DNA of 64,000 nucleotides, taken from sequence record OR836606.1, one strand, 5' to 3'. Position numbers and translations under genes: made by a program. The notes under the pieces were generated by a model. That model searched no databases. It worked only from the letters and a program-made list of their open reading frames with translations, and had not been told where the DNA came from. Numbering within the stretch: the first letter of the stretch is position 1; each line of letters begins with the position of its first letter. This stretch comes from Staphylococcus phage LY01. Positions 19,521-29,968 of the stretch are shown here, piece after piece.

Positions 19521-19745
19521 TTGATGAAATTTGTTATTGCAAATATAGAATTATTTGAGAGAATGGGATACAATACTAAATATTGGAGAAAATCAATAGA
19601 TGGTAATAAAACTATTTGTCATTTAGAATATGCTGAGATTTTAGATAACGGAATTCAAGAAGAACCAGATACTTTAGTTGTTGATGCAGCTGAAGCTCAA
19701 GATATTATGAATTCTGAAGAATGGACTAGTAAAGAAGAAGAATAA
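19521..19745 (+). CDS. hypothetical small acidic protein
   Basis: 74 aa ORF upstream of the lysin genes. No transmembrane segment, so not an obvious holin. Confidence 0.35.
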   Translation: MMKFVIANIELFERMGYNTKYWRKSIDGNKTICHLEYAEILDNGIQEEPDTLVVDAAEAQDIMNSEEWTSKEEE

Positions 19746-19787
19746 AAACAAGTAAATATAATAAAAATAATTGGAGGAATTTTAATA

Positions 19788-20738
19788 ATGGCTAAAAAAT
19801 ATATCGGTACATGGAATGGTGTTCCAGTATATACTGATTTTTTACCTATTGGTACACGTAGAACTGGAGACAAAATCAACAGCCCTAAATTTATTGTTGC
19901 TCATGACACAGGAAATCCTAACTCTACAGCTCAAAATAATGTCGATTACTATCGTAATTCATACAATATTAATTGGAATTATACGGCTTCAGCACATATT
20001 TTTGTTGATGATAAGGAATGTATTATCTGTGTTCCTTTAGATGAAAAAGCATGGCACGTTATGTATAATACGCCAACTGATAATATTTGGTATGGAGTAG
20101 ATGCAAACGATGCAGCTATCGGTGTAGAAGGTTGTTATTTCTCTAATAGAAACCGTTCATTAAAATCATTTGATAATTATTGTCGTATTCTTGCTTTCTT
20201 ATGTAAAGAATATAAAATTAATGCTAGTACTAATATGCCAGGACATCAAAATATTCAAGCTGATAAACAAGATCCAGGCAATTTGTTAGCTGCTTGCGGC
20301 ATGTCTCGTAATATTTCTAACGTAGATAAAAAAGTTCTAGCTTATATGAAATCTGGAGTAACTTCTACTGCTAAAAAAGAAACTGCTACAAAAGCACCCG
20401 TAAAAGAAAAAGCACCTGCAAAACCTAAGAAAACTAGTACAGTAACTTCTAAAACATGGAAACGTAATTCTGACGGTATTTTATGGAAAACTGAAAGAGC
20501 TATTTTTAAATGTGGTGTCTCAGTAGGAATTGTCACTCGTAAAAATGGTCCATGGACTGGATGGCCGCAAGGTCCTCTTATGAGTAAAGGAGATACTATT
20601 AAATATGATGAAATCCAAGATTTTAATGGTTATATTTGGGTCTCAGGTAAATTTAAAGGTCAATATGTATATGTACCAGTAGGTAAATCAAATGGTAACG
20701 GTAAACGTATTGGACCAGCATGGGGAACATTTAGCTAA
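19788..20738 (+). CDS. endolysin: N-acetylmuramoyl-L-alanine amidase (amidase_2/PGRP) + SH3b (SH3_5) wall-binding domain
   Basis: Amidase_2-like region (HDTGNPNSTAQNNVDYY... and ...PGHQNIQADKQDPGN). C-terminal SH3_5-like WKRNSDGILWKTERAIFKCGVS...GPWTGWPQGP...YIWVSGKFKGQYVYVPVG. Shine-Dalgarno GGAGG. Confidence 0.85.
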   Translation: MAKKYIGTWNGVPVYTDFLPIGTRRTGDKINSPKFIVAHDTGNPNSTAQNNVDYYRNSYNINWNYTASAHIFVDDKECIICVPLDEKAWHVMYNTPTDNIWYGVDANDAAIGVEGCYFSNRNRSLKSFDNYCRILAFLCKEYKINASTNMPGHQNIQADKQDPGNLLAACGMSRNISNVDKKVLAYMKSGVTSTAKKETATKAPVKEKAPAKPKKTSTVTSKTWKRNSDGILWKTERAIFKCGVSVGIVTRKNGPWTGWPQGPLMSKGDTIKYDEIQDFNGYIWVSGKFKGQYVYVPVGKSNGNGKRIGPAWGTFS

Positions 20739-20769
20739 TAAATGATTCTATAATGTAAATTACAATTTA

Positions 20770-20812
20770 ATATTACCCTAACGATCATATTAAAGATTCG
20801 TTAGGGTATTTT
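20770..20812 (+). terminator. rho-independent terminator
   Basis: ccctaacgatcatattaaagattcgttaggg hairpin followed by a T-run. Confidence 0.5.
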
Positions 20813-20906
20813 ATTTTTATATTATTGTGAAACATATTATTTTTATAAAAGAACAACTAAATATAAAGGAATAAAGAAAAATTTATCGAAAGGGTTTGAA
20901 TAAAAT

Positions 20907-21689
20907 ATGAAAACTAAAGCTCAAGCTTTAAATTGGGTTAATGATCGTATTGGTCGTAGACTTGACATGGATGGAGCTTATGGAGCTCAATGTATGGATT
21001 TGACTATTGGTTATTGTAATTATTTAACTGATGGAAAATTCTGGCCATGGGGTAATGCTAAAGATCTTAAAAATAATACACTACCCGAAGGATGGAAACT
21101 TATTAAAAATACTCCATCGTTCTTGCCTCAACCAGGGGATATCGCTATTTGGGCTTATTCTCCATACGATGTTTATGGACATACAGGTATTATTACTTCA
21201 GCTAACTTAAATAATTTCTATTCAGTTGACCAGAACTGGTTTAACGCAGGTAGCAATGGTTCACCTGCAGCTAAAGTATTCCATGATTATACAGGATTTT
21301 GGGGAGTAATTCGTCCAGCTTACGGTATTGATACTAACAAGAAAGCGACACATAAGAAAAAAGCAGTTAAGAAAGTAGCTCCTAAGAAAGCAGTTACATC
21401 TAATAAATGGAGACGTAATTCTGCAGGCATTCTATGGAAAACTGAAAGAGCTACTTTTAAATGTAATGTTTCTTCAGGAATTATTACTCGTAAGAATGGT
21501 CCATGGACTGGATGGTCTACAGGTCCATTCATGAAAAAAGGAGATTCTATTGAATACGAAGAAATCCAAGATTTTGATGGTCTTATCTGGGTTTCAGGTG
21601 AATTTAAAGGACAATACGTTTATATTCCAATTGGTAACTCAAATGGTAAAGGACAACGTATTGGTAAAGCATGGGGAACATTTAGCTAA
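20907..21689 (+). CDS. CHAP-domain peptidoglycan hydrolase + SH3b (SH3_5) domain
   Basis: CHAP catalytic Cys/His context (GAQCMDL ... YGHTGII). The C-terminal SH3b module is almost co-linear with that of the amidase (WRRNSAGILWKTERATFKCNVS...YIPIGNSNGKGQRIGKAWGTFS). Confidence 0.85.
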   Translation: MKTKAQALNWVNDRIGRRLDMDGAYGAQCMDLTIGYCNYLTDGKFWPWGNAKDLKNNTLPEGWKLIKNTPSFLPQPGDIAIWAYSPYDVYGHTGIITSANLNNFYSVDQNWFNAGSNGSPAAKVFHDYTGFWGVIRPAYGIDTNKKATHKKKAVKKVAPKKAVTSNKWRRNSAGILWKTERATFKCNVSSGIITRKNGPWTGWSTGPFMKKGDSIEYEEIQDFDGLIWVSGEFKGQYVYIPIGNSNGKGQRIGKAWGTFS

Positions 21690-21762
21690 AGAAGGATTTT
21701 TATAAGATCCTTCTTTAACTTTTATTTATAAAATAAAATATGATAAAGGAGATCACGTATTT

Positions 21763-22314
21763 ATGTTAAATTTCAACGAAGATAATAATTTCATTATTAT
21801 TAATGAAAAAGCATTTGTGCCTGGTAAAGGTAAAGGTCCTTTTGTTAAACCTTTCCGAGCTTCAGGTTCACAAATCCGTTTATTTAAACGTTTAGGTTTA
21901 CAAGTAACAATTGTCGATGAAGACTATGTATACCCAAGCGATAAATCAGATAAAAAAGAAGATAAAAATGAAACTGTTTCCGAATCAAGTGACACACAAC
22001 CTCAAGAAGAAAGCAACAATGAAGAGAAGAAATTGGATGAAGAAACAGAAAGTAAAGAAACAGAAAGTAAAGAAACAGAAAGTAAAGAAACGGAAAGTAA
22101 AGAAACGGAAAGTAAAGAACCAGAAAGTAAAGAAACGGAAGAATTAAAAGAAGAAGACAAAGAAGCAAAAGTTTATGGAGAAATCAAAGTTACAGAAGAA
22201 GAACTAAATGAATTCACTGTAGCTGAACTTAAAGAAGAATTAGATTCTAAAGGAATCGATTATGTTAAAAATGCTCGCAAACAAGATTTAATTAACTTAT
22301 TATTAAAAAAATAA
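21763..22314 (+). CDS. SAP-domain protein with ETESK tandem repeats
   Basis: Six copies of KETES encoded by 15-bp tandem repeats (22040-22140). C-terminal SAP motif FTVAELKEELDSKGIDYVKNARKQDLINLLL. Confidence 0.55.
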   Translation: MLNFNEDNNFIIINEKAFVPGKGKGPFVKPFRASGSQIRLFKRLGLQVTIVDEDYVYPSDKSDKKEDKNETVSESSDTQPQEESNNEEKKLDEETESKETESKETESKETESKETESKEPESKETEELKEEDKEAKVYGEIKVTEEELNEFTVAELKEELDSKGIDYVKNARKQDLINLLLKK

Positions 22315-22337
22315 AGAAAGGAAAGTGAATTCTAAAA

Positions 22338-24266
22338 ATGGCCACTACTAACTACTTTAAAGTAAAATTATTAGATGAAAAATTAATTCCATTTTTAGGA
22401 TTAGGTGAACGTGGACCTCGTGAAAACGTTATTCTTTCTAGTAATGATTTAGCTAGCTTAAAACAAGCTGGCTGGACTGTTACTGATATTCAACCTCTTC
22501 CTGAAACTGGTAAAATTAAATATGATAGAAGAACAGTTTATTTCAAATCTGAAGGAGAAAGTAATAAATTTATTAATGTGCCTTTCTATATTAATCCTGT
22601 AGACGCTCGTGACGTATTAGGTTTATTAAAATTTGATTTAATTAAACTTTCAGATAAATCTGTAGTTAATACTTATACTGCTAAAGATATTAAGTCTGAA
22701 GTTTTAAGTTTACCTACTTCTGATTTAGAAATTAATGAAGAATATGAACTTAAATTGTATTTCCCTAAAGATACTGCAGAAAAGTATGATATTGCTATTT
22801 CTGAAGGTCATGAAAATATTTTTGAACGTGTTAAAGATTCAATCTTTATTAAAGTTAAGGAATATGGCAAATTTACAGGACGTCTTGTTCAATTACAACA
22901 AGATATTAATGTTTTTAAAGAATCTGTTTTACCTTTAGATAAAATTTTAGGTTATAAAGACTTTGATTCTAAGGAAGTTACTCCTGTAGCTAAAGAAAAC
23001 TTATTACAATTATTGTCTGTAAATATTAGTGATGAAAGTTATGCTAAATATCAGTCAGATAAAAAACGCTTATTATTCTTTAGTAAAACTGGTGAAATCT
23101 TAGTTAAAGTACATGAAAGAAGCATTCAAGATAATATTGTTAATTTCAATATTCGTATTTTAAATGAAGAAACAGTACAAAACGAAATTGATAAAAAAAT
23201 TGATTATTCCATTTATAATCCTAAAAATGGAGAATTTGAAAGTATTAATCAAACTAAAAGTTTAACCGTTACTCCAGAAACAGTTAATATTGAAGCTGAA
23301 GAAACTCAGAAATTAGAAGTTACTACTGAACCTGAAGGAAGAAAAGTAAGCTTTGAATTAAAAGACGGTTCTGAATTTGCTTCATTAGATGATGAAGGAA
23401 ATATTACTGGTATCTCTGAAGGAACTGCAAATGTGACGGTTAAATCAGACAATATTTCTAAAAATGTGGAGGTTAATGTAAGCCGTTTAAAGACTAAGAG
23501 TCTAACTGTTAATCCAGAAGAAGTTAACATCGATGCAGAATCAACTCAACAGTTAGACGTTAAAATTCAACCATCCACAAACCCTGTAAGTTATTCCATT
23601 ACTGAAGGATCTGAATTTGCTTCAGTTAATGATAGCGGTCTTGTGACTGCACAAGCTGAAGGAACTGCTAAAGTCAAAGTAAGTTCTGACGATATTAGTA
23701 AGACAGTCATTGTTAATGTAACTAGAGTGAAGACTAAAAATCTAACTGTTACCCCAGAAGAAGTTAACATCGATGCAGAATCAACTCAACAGTTAAATGT
23801 AACTACAGATCCTGAAGGGAATCCTGTAAACTATTCTATCGTTGAAGGCTCTGAATATGCTTCCGTTAATAGTAATGGTCTTGTAACCGCTAAAGAAGTA
23901 GGAACTGCTAAAGTTAATGTAAGTTCTGATAGCGTAAATAAAGAGATTACTATTAATGTAACTAAAGTAGAGACTAAAAATCTAACTGTTACTCCTGATA
24001 GTATTGATATGAAAGATAATGAAACTCAACAATTAAATGTAACTACTGAACCTGAAGGAAATCCCGTAAGTTATTCTGTCACTGAAGGTTCTGAATATGC
24101 TTCCGTTAACGAAAGTGGTCTTGTAACTGCTAATGCGGTAGGAACTGCTAAAGTTAGAGTTACTTCTGATAGCGTAACTAAAGATATTAACGTTAATGTA
24201 ACTACATCACAAGTAGAAGAAACTCCATTAGAAGAAACTCCAGAAGAAGAAGAAGCTACAGAATAA
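22338..24266 (+). CDS. structural protein with four tandem Big_2 (bacterial Ig-like) domains
   Basis: Four repeats of about 80 aa each (TKSLTVTPETVNIEAEETQKLEVTTEPEG...SEGTANVTVKSD...) between roughly 23260 and 24190; acidic C-terminus. Confidence 0.65.
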   Translation: MATTNYFKVKLLDEKLIPFLGLGERGPRENVILSSNDLASLKQAGWTVTDIQPLPETGKIKYDRRTVYFKSEGESNKFINVPFYINPVDARDVLGLLKFDLIKLSDKSVVNTYTAKDIKSEVLSLPTSDLEINEEYELKLYFPKDTAEKYDIAISEGHENIFERVKDSIFIKVKEYGKFTGRLVQLQQDINVFKESVLPLDKILGYKDFDSKEVTPVAKENLLQLLSVNISDESYAKYQSDKKRLLFFSKTGEILVKVHERSIQDNIVNFNIRILNEETVQNEIDKKIDYSIYNPKNGEFESINQTKSLTVTPETVNIEAEETQKLEVTTEPEGRKVSFELKDGSEFASLDDEGNITGISEGTANVTVKSDNISKNVEVNVSRLKTKSLTVNPEEVNIDAESTQQLDVKIQPSTNPVSYSITEGSEFASVNDSGLVTAQAEGTAKVKVSSDDISKTVIVNVTRVKTKNLTVTPEEVNIDAESTQQLNVTTDPEGNPVNYSIVEGSEYASVNSNGLVTAKEVGTAKVNVSSDSVNKEITINVTKVETKNLTVTPDSIDMKDNETQQLNVTTEPEGNPVSYSVTEGSEYASVNESGLVTANAVGTAKVRVTSDSVTKDINVNVTTSQVEETPLEETPEEEEATE

Positions 24267-24278
24267 AAAAAAGATATA

Positions 24279-24312
24279 AATTCCCCTAACCTTAAATTAA
24301 TAAGGTTAGGGG
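24279..24312. terminator. bidirectional rho-independent terminator
   Basis: cccctaaccttaaattaataaggttagggg hairpin between convergent genes. Confidence 0.5.
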
Positions 24313-24319
24313 ATATATT

Positions 24320-25156
24320 TTATTTTTTATGAATTATATTATCATCTTCTAGTCTTATTTGATTAGATACATCAATTTTATTGACTTCATCAGTATCTAT
24401 AACGTCCTTTATAAAATCGACTTTAATATTCATACCTAAAGAATTTGTTATAGTTTCCATAGTTTTCCATGTCAATTTTCCTTGTTTGATCATTTTATCC
24501 ATAGATGATTTAATTTTACTTATAGGATTTTTCTCATCAGAATTATTTTCAAGTTCTCCAAATAACATCTCAAAAGTATATCCTTCTTTTCCTAATTCTT
24601 CTAAAAACTCTACAAACTCTAATATAAAATCTTCATATATAACATCAGGCATTAAATCGAAATTTAATTTACCCATAAATCTAGAAGACTTAACTTTACG
24701 TTTAGGTTCATATAATTTTAATTCATTCATGCTTTTAAACTCTTCAGTTATTATATGAACTTTATAATCTATAGCTTCAGTAATAGTCATTAATGACTGT
24801 ATTGTAAAAACTTTACTACTTTTAAGTCTATAAATAGTGTTTTTAAAGGAATCAATTTCATCTTTACCATACGCTTTTGCATATCTTTCGAAATAAGATT
24901 CAAAATCTAGATTTTCTTTATCAGCTACAATATTTTCCATAAATTGAATAGCACGTTTACCTAAATATGGAAGACTTTCATATTCCTCCTTAGTTACTAA
25001 ACCTTTAATATCTCCTTTATATTTAGATGAATTTAGATCATCTTCTCCATTAATATTATCTGAACTCCTTACTTCTTTAAAAACTTCTCTAACATCAATA
25101 GTGTCCATACCGCTTATAATTCTTTCTAATTCACTTAAATCCTTTTTGTTCGCCAT
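24320..25156 (-). CDS. hypothetical protein
   Basis: 278 aa ORF; no recognisable motif. Confidence 0.4.
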   Translation of the reverse strand: MANKKDLSELERIISGMDTIDVREVFKEVRSSDNINGEDDLNSSKYKGDIKGLVTKEEYESLPYLGKRAIQFMENIVADKENLDFESYFERYAKAYGKDEIDSFKNTIYRLKSSKVFTIQSLMTITEAIDYKVHIITEEFKSMNELKLYEPKRKVKSSRFMGKLNFDLMPDVIYEDFILEFVEFLEELGKEGYTFEMLFGELENNSDEKNPISKIKSSMDKMIKQGKLTWKTMETITNSLGMNIKVDFIKDVIDTDEVNKIDVSNQIRLEDDNIIHKK

Positions 25157-25254
25157 ATAATATCACTCGCTTTATTTATTTTTTATAAAAAATAAAAGGT
25201 ATATATGATCTAATATAGACATTTATCTATATTAGATCATAAATTATTTGATTC

Positions 25255-26457
25255 TTAAATTCCTAAATCATCATCTTCTTGTTCTGATTCTTTACCCTTT
25301 TTAATAAAATCATCTAGTAAAGAACTAGCTTTACCTTCACTTTCACTGTTTACCTTATTTGATAAATCTTCTAAAGAACCTGATTCTTTGTTAACTTCAG
25401 CATCTTTAAACATGTTAGACTTATCAATTTGTCTATCATTTTGTTCTGGAGTCTCTTTACTTCCAAATGGTAAATCATCATCACTAATTTGATCCACTTG
25501 ACCAACATTAAATGGATTGTCATTTTTTTGTGTTTGTTGATTCTGTTGTTGCGGAGCTTGATTAAAATTTCCAAAAGGATTTCCTTGAGTTTGATTATTA
25601 GATTTTTGTTGGTTAAAGTTATTCTGTTGTTGCGGAGCTTGATTAAAATTTCCGTTATTGCTGCCAAAATTACCAAATTGATTATTGTTATTGAAACCTC
25701 CACCATTGTTATTATTAAAGTTATTATTACGTGGGGCATTACTTTGCGTTGATTTTTCATCCATATGATGATTACTCATATCCGTAGGTAAACCTTGAGC
25801 TCTTAATAGCCCTTTTAATAACTGATTATTTTCAATTTCTTTAGCTTGCATTTCTGCTTGTACACATTGATTTCTGAATGTTAGTGGATCATTAGTAATT
25901 CTAACTAATAAATTAATTAAACTGATAAATGTATTAGCAGATACAAAATCATATTTATTGGCATCATTTACCATAATATTAAATCCAATTTCAAAATTAT
26001 TAGTTCTATTATTTTGGATTACTGCAGGCGCAATAGCAATTTCTTTACCAGATACTAATTTTGGTGATTGCCAAATATGTTGTTGATAGTTTGGATTAAC
26101 TTGATTATTAGAGAAAATATTATTAAAATTCTCACTAATACTTTTATAAGTTGCTTTTAAGAAATTATTAAATTCTTGTAAATGTGGATAACTAATTAAT
26201 ACATCTTCACGAATAGGTGCTTGACCTTGTTGAAATTTGTTATAAGAAAAAGAAATATAATGATTACTATTATTTTCAATCTCACTTAAGAAAGGTACAT
26301 TGTTATATTGACTTGATTGATACGTATTAATATACTCGCTATGAATAGCACTACCAGTATTTTTATTTTTTCTAGTAAATAGTGTATAAATTGAAATTGA
26401 AAGGTTTCCGCCTCTGTGTAAATGATCTTTGAAATTTGTTAACATAATATCCAACAC
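25255..26457 (-). CDS. hypothetical protein with Q/N-rich low-complexity (prion-like) C-terminal half
   Basis: NNFNNNNGGGFNNNNQFGNFGSNNGNFNQAPQQQN... duplicated; the C-terminus is acidic. Confidence 0.45.
   Translation of the reverse strand: MLDIMLTNFKDHLHRGGNLSISIYTLFTRKNKNTGSAIHSEYINTYQSSQYNNVPFLSEIENNSNHYISFSYNKFQQGQAPIREDVLISYPHLQEFNNFLKATYKSISENFNNIFSNNQVNPNYQQHIWQSPKLVSGKEIAIAPAVIQNNRTNNFEIGFNIMVNDANKYDFVSANTFISLINLLVRITNDPLTFRNQCVQAEMQAKEIENNQLLKGLLRAQGLPTDMSNHHMDEKSTQSNAPRNNNFNNNNGGGFNNNNQFGNFGSNNGNFNQAPQQQNNFNQQKSNNQTQGNPFGNFNQAPQQQNQQTQKNDNPFNVGQVDQISDDDLPFGSKETPEQNDRQIDKSNMFKDAEVNKESGSLEDLSNKVNSESEGKASSLLDDFIKKGKESEQEDDDLGI
25540..25665. repeat. about 80-bp direct tandem repeat within the Q/N-rich ORF
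   Basis: ctgttgttgcggagcttgattaaaatttcc occurs twice (about 25545 and about 25625) and encodes the duplicated NFNQAPQQQ segment. Confidence 0.5.
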
Positions 26458-26527
26458 TCTCCATTTAAATTATTTGTATAATAAATATTTCATTATTAAT
26501 ACATCGTTATAATATATATTTAAAAAT

Positions 26528-27127
26528 TTATTTTAATATTCCAGCATTTTTAATAAATGTTAATAGGAATGATGAAATTGATAAAGATGAATCCGTTAGT
26601 GATTCACTTGTCCCCATTAATTCTTCTGCATAAGAATAATCATCATCTCTTATAGCTGACATCCTAACTACTGACTTAATATCAATAGGCTGGAAGTCAA
26701 TGTATGAAGGTAATTCATACGTGTTATCTGATGAGCCTCCATAAACCAATTCTATCAACTGAGACCATAAAGTAATTTCATCAATCCAAAATACTAATTT
26801 ATCAGCATATTCAGATAATTCTTCAAAGTAATCTCTAATACGTTGTATTTGGATAACTGTATCATCTTTAATCATTCTAATATTATAATTATCTAAAGTC
26901 TGATCAATTTTAGTATACTCTGACAATTGACCATTTTCATAAGCTTCTTTAAGTATTTCATTTTTAAATACTTCTGATAAATCGATATCAGAAAATTCTA
27001 AATACATATCTTTAAATTTAGGATTATCTACCATAAATGTCATATTAATAAATTCTGTATTGGTCTTAGGCGTAGTAGTCACTGCAGAAACAATAATATT
27101 TAATGCAGGCAATTTTTCTTCAGACAT
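26528..27127 (-). CDS. hypothetical protein
   Basis: 199 aa ORF. Confidence 0.4.
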   Translation of the reverse strand: MSEEKLPALNIIVSAVTTTPKTNTEFINMTFMVDNPKFKDMYLEFSDIDLSEVFKNEILKEAYENGQLSEYTKIDQTLDNYNIRMIKDDTVIQIQRIRDYFEELSEYADKLVFWIDEITLWSQLIELVYGGSSDNTYELPSYIDFQPIDIKSVVRMSAIRDDDYSYAEELMGTSESLTDSSLSISSFLLTFIKNAGILK

Positions 27128-27156
27128 TTAAAATTCACCCTTTCATAATTTTTATT

Positions 27157-27867
27157 TTATATGATCTCATTTTTAATGTAGAACTCAAAACCATATTCGT
27201 TTTTAAAGTACTGTGCAAATTCATTAATCTTATTGAATAAATATTTATCATTAGTGAATCTAAAATCATATTTATTAATATCTTTCTTATTTTCTTCTAA
27301 TAATTTTATATCACTATCATTATTCTCTATAATTAAATTATTCTTTTCAATACTTTTATTAAGTTCATCTATTTCTTCTTTTAATTTAAATGAATTAGGC
27401 ATTTTTAGCATATTTAGTAAGGCATTGGTAAAAATACCTAATTTAATTCTTTCATTAAGCTCATCATTTTTTTCAGCTATTTCATTATTAAATTTTTTAT
27501 TCTTATTTCTAAGTCTATTATTGACTTTATATTTAGTATCTAGTTTATTTTCTATCATGGATTTTTGAATGTCTATTTTTTCTTTCATTAAACTAATATT
27601 TTCTTTAAAGTTATGAAGAATGATAAATCCTTCATAAAGATCGAATTCAATAAATTTATCATCTAATAATAAATATATCCTATCTTTTTCATTTTTAACT
27701 TTAAATTCTGAATTAACACTGTTCATAATAGAATTTTTAAAATCAGTATGATTAATTTTAAATATCTCACTAGATAAAAATTCATTAATTTCTTTTCTAA
27801 AACTTATAAATAATTCATTGAGGTATTGATAATTATCAATAGCCTCTCCACGAGATATAATAGACAC
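27157..27867 (-). CDS. hypothetical coiled-coil protein
   Basis: 236 aa ORF; K/E-rich heptad-like sequence. Confidence 0.4.
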   Translation of the reverse strand: MSIISRGEAIDNYQYLNELFISFRKEINEFLSSEIFKINHTDFKNSIMNSVNSEFKVKNEKDRIYLLLDDKFIEFDLYEGFIILHNFKENISLMKEKIDIQKSMIENKLDTKYKVNNRLRNKNKKFNNEIAEKNDELNERIKLGIFTNALLNMLKMPNSFKLKEEIDELNKSIEKNNLIIENNDSDIKLLEENKKDINKYDFRFTNDKYLFNKINEFAQYFKNEYGFEFYIKNEII

Positions 27868-27888
27868 AATACCTCAACAACCCTTCTA

Positions 27889-29436
27889 TTACTTAATTTT
27901 AAAATCAGTTATATTTAAAGCTTTTTTCTTATATACATTTCTCAATCTATTACTTCCTTGAGAAACTAATTTCTTAAAACCATGGTCAATTAAATCAAAG
28001 AACATTAATTTTTCATTTTCAATATATCTCAGTCTACCCATAATTTGAGTTACTTTGCTTTCACTTGATAAAGGTACTGTATTAATTACTGCTTTTAAAT
28101 CAGGTATATCTATTCCAGTACCTAAAGATAAATCAGTAGTGATAATTAAATTAGATTCCAATACTTTATCTTTTTCTTCCTTATCAATACCGTCATAATA
28201 TCTAATACAGTTTAAGAATTCTAATCCTTCAGGTCCAAGTTTATCTTCTAAATATGAGTAAAAATCATCTATCATATTCTTCAATTTAAACATAACCACA
28301 GTCTTTTTAACTTCTTCTTTCATAATGACATTATTAATAATATTAAATACAATATCAAAATATTCTTTCCTTCTTCTATCTTCTTCAATTAAGTATTTAC
28401 TATAATGATTTACATTAAGGCCATTACGTTTAGAAGCTTTCATGAAATCAGCTAATTCAACTTCTTTAGGATTACTATTCCATCTGATAATAAATACATC
28501 ATGGTATTTAGATGGTATTTTTCTATTATTAGCTATTTGCCTATCATAATTATTAGAACTAAATATAGGTGTTTTTAAGAATATATTACTAAATACTATA
28601 TTTTCTGATTTATCAGATCTTCTAGGTGTAGCTGATAAGTATATTGATGGCAAATCTGTTTGTATATCAATATTGGTTAAACTGCGAAAATCCAAATGTG
28701 CTTCATCAAATATTTTAATACCTACTTTAGTTTTTAATAATAATTCTTGCAACCTTTCTTCGTCTTCTTGAATAAAAGAATTTAATGTTTTATACATTAC
28801 TATATAGAAATCTATTTTATTTCTTTCTTTAGATTTCATTTTAAATAACTTATTGATACTTGATCTCCCTTGAATCACATATATTTTTTCATCATCGATA
28901 TTAGTATATTCTTTTATTTTTTCTTCCCATTGCTCTTTAAGTTTATTATTATTAACGAAAATCATAGGCACTAATTCTCTATCAATGACTGATTTTAAAG
29001 CACAGAAAGTTTTACCTTCACCAGTTTGTAATGAAAGAAATTTTTGAGTTGATGGATCATATATACTAAATGAATTTAAAAATTCTATAGCTTTTCTTTG
29101 TAGAAGATCTCTAGGTTTAAAATTCATTTCAACATCATAATTTGGTTTAGGCTTAAAGAATAAATTTTCAACTGCTCTGAAATCTTGATAGTCAATTTCT
29201 CCATGATTTTTTAATGACTGTAATAATAATTTAGTATTAATGCCTGCTGGAAAAGATATAGTTTTATTTTCTTCATCATATTTGAAAGCTTTATAAGTAT
29301 GTTTATGATATATTTTATCCCATACTGATAAATAACTTTCTATTGCAGAACAAAATCCTAACTCGTAATTTTCAACTAATATACGAGTAGGATATACAGA
29401 TACTTTTATTTTTCTTGTTTCATTTAATACTACCAT
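27889..29436 (-). CDS. SF2 DEAD/DEAH-box helicase (UvsW/RecG-like or SNF2-like)
   Basis: Walker A LQTGEGKTF, motif II IFDEAHLD, helicase C-terminal region (TDLSLGTGIDIPD...QIMGRLRY). Confidence 0.7.
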   Translation of the reverse strand: MVVLNETRKIKVSVYPTRILVENYELGFCSAIESYLSVWDKIYHKHTYKAFKYDEENKTISFPAGINTKLLLQSLKNHGEIDYQDFRAVENLFFKPKPNYDVEMNFKPRDLLQRKAIEFLNSFSIYDPSTQKFLSLQTGEGKTFCALKSVIDRELVPMIFVNNNKLKEQWEEKIKEYTNIDDEKIYVIQGRSSINKLFKMKSKERNKIDFYIVMYKTLNSFIQEDEERLQELLLKTKVGIKIFDEAHLDFRSLTNIDIQTDLPSIYLSATPRRSDKSENIVFSNIFLKTPIFSSNNYDRQIANNRKIPSKYHDVFIIRWNSNPKEVELADFMKASKRNGLNVNHYSKYLIEEDRRRKEYFDIVFNIINNVIMKEEVKKTVVMFKLKNMIDDFYSYLEDKLGPEGLEFLNCIRYYDGIDKEEKDKVLESNLIITTDLSLGTGIDIPDLKAVINTVPLSSESKVTQIMGRLRYIENEKLMFFDLIDHGFKKLVSQGSNRLRNVYKKKALNITDFKIK

Positions 29437-29453
29437 AGTATCAGCTTCTTTCT

Positions 29454-29900
29454 TTATTGTTTAAGCTCAATAGTGGTAGGAAATACTTCTGCAATAGTTT
29501 TAAAGAAATCTAAACCGTCTTTTTTAAACATGCCGGATAAATCAAATGTAGCTTCAGGATTTTCTAAATCAGTGTATACGGGCACAGAACCCATTAAATC
29601 AAATACCATATAGAAACAACCTTTTTTAAATTGATCATCTTTTTCAGCTTTAATCAAAGTAATTTGCTTATCATCTTCAACAATCACGTTAAGCTTATAA
29701 ACATCATCTACAGTTACTCCATCTTTAGCATGTTTGAAAAATTCTTCAATATTATCATTAATAGTTTTATTTACCATATAAGTACCTGACTGATTATTAA
29801 AAAATGCGTCTCTAATTTCTTTAAGGTTTTTATCATTGCCGGTTAATTCAATTGTTTGTTCTTTATTACCTTCTAATTCTTTTAATTTAAAAATTTCCAT
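29454..29900 (-). CDS. hypothetical protein
   Basis: 148 aa ORF. Confidence 0.4.
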   Translation of the reverse strand: MEIFKLKELEGNKEQTIELTGNDKNLKEIRDAFFNNQSGTYMVNKTINDNIEEFFKHAKDGVTVDDVYKLNVIVEDDKQITLIKAEKDDQFKKGCFYMVFDLMGSVPVYTDLENPEATFDLSGMFKKDGLDFFKTIAEVFPTTIELKQ

Positions 29901-29968
29901 ATTAAATTAAATTCTCCTTTTTTATTTTAAAAATTTATATCTAAGAGTTATTATAAAAAATTAATTTT

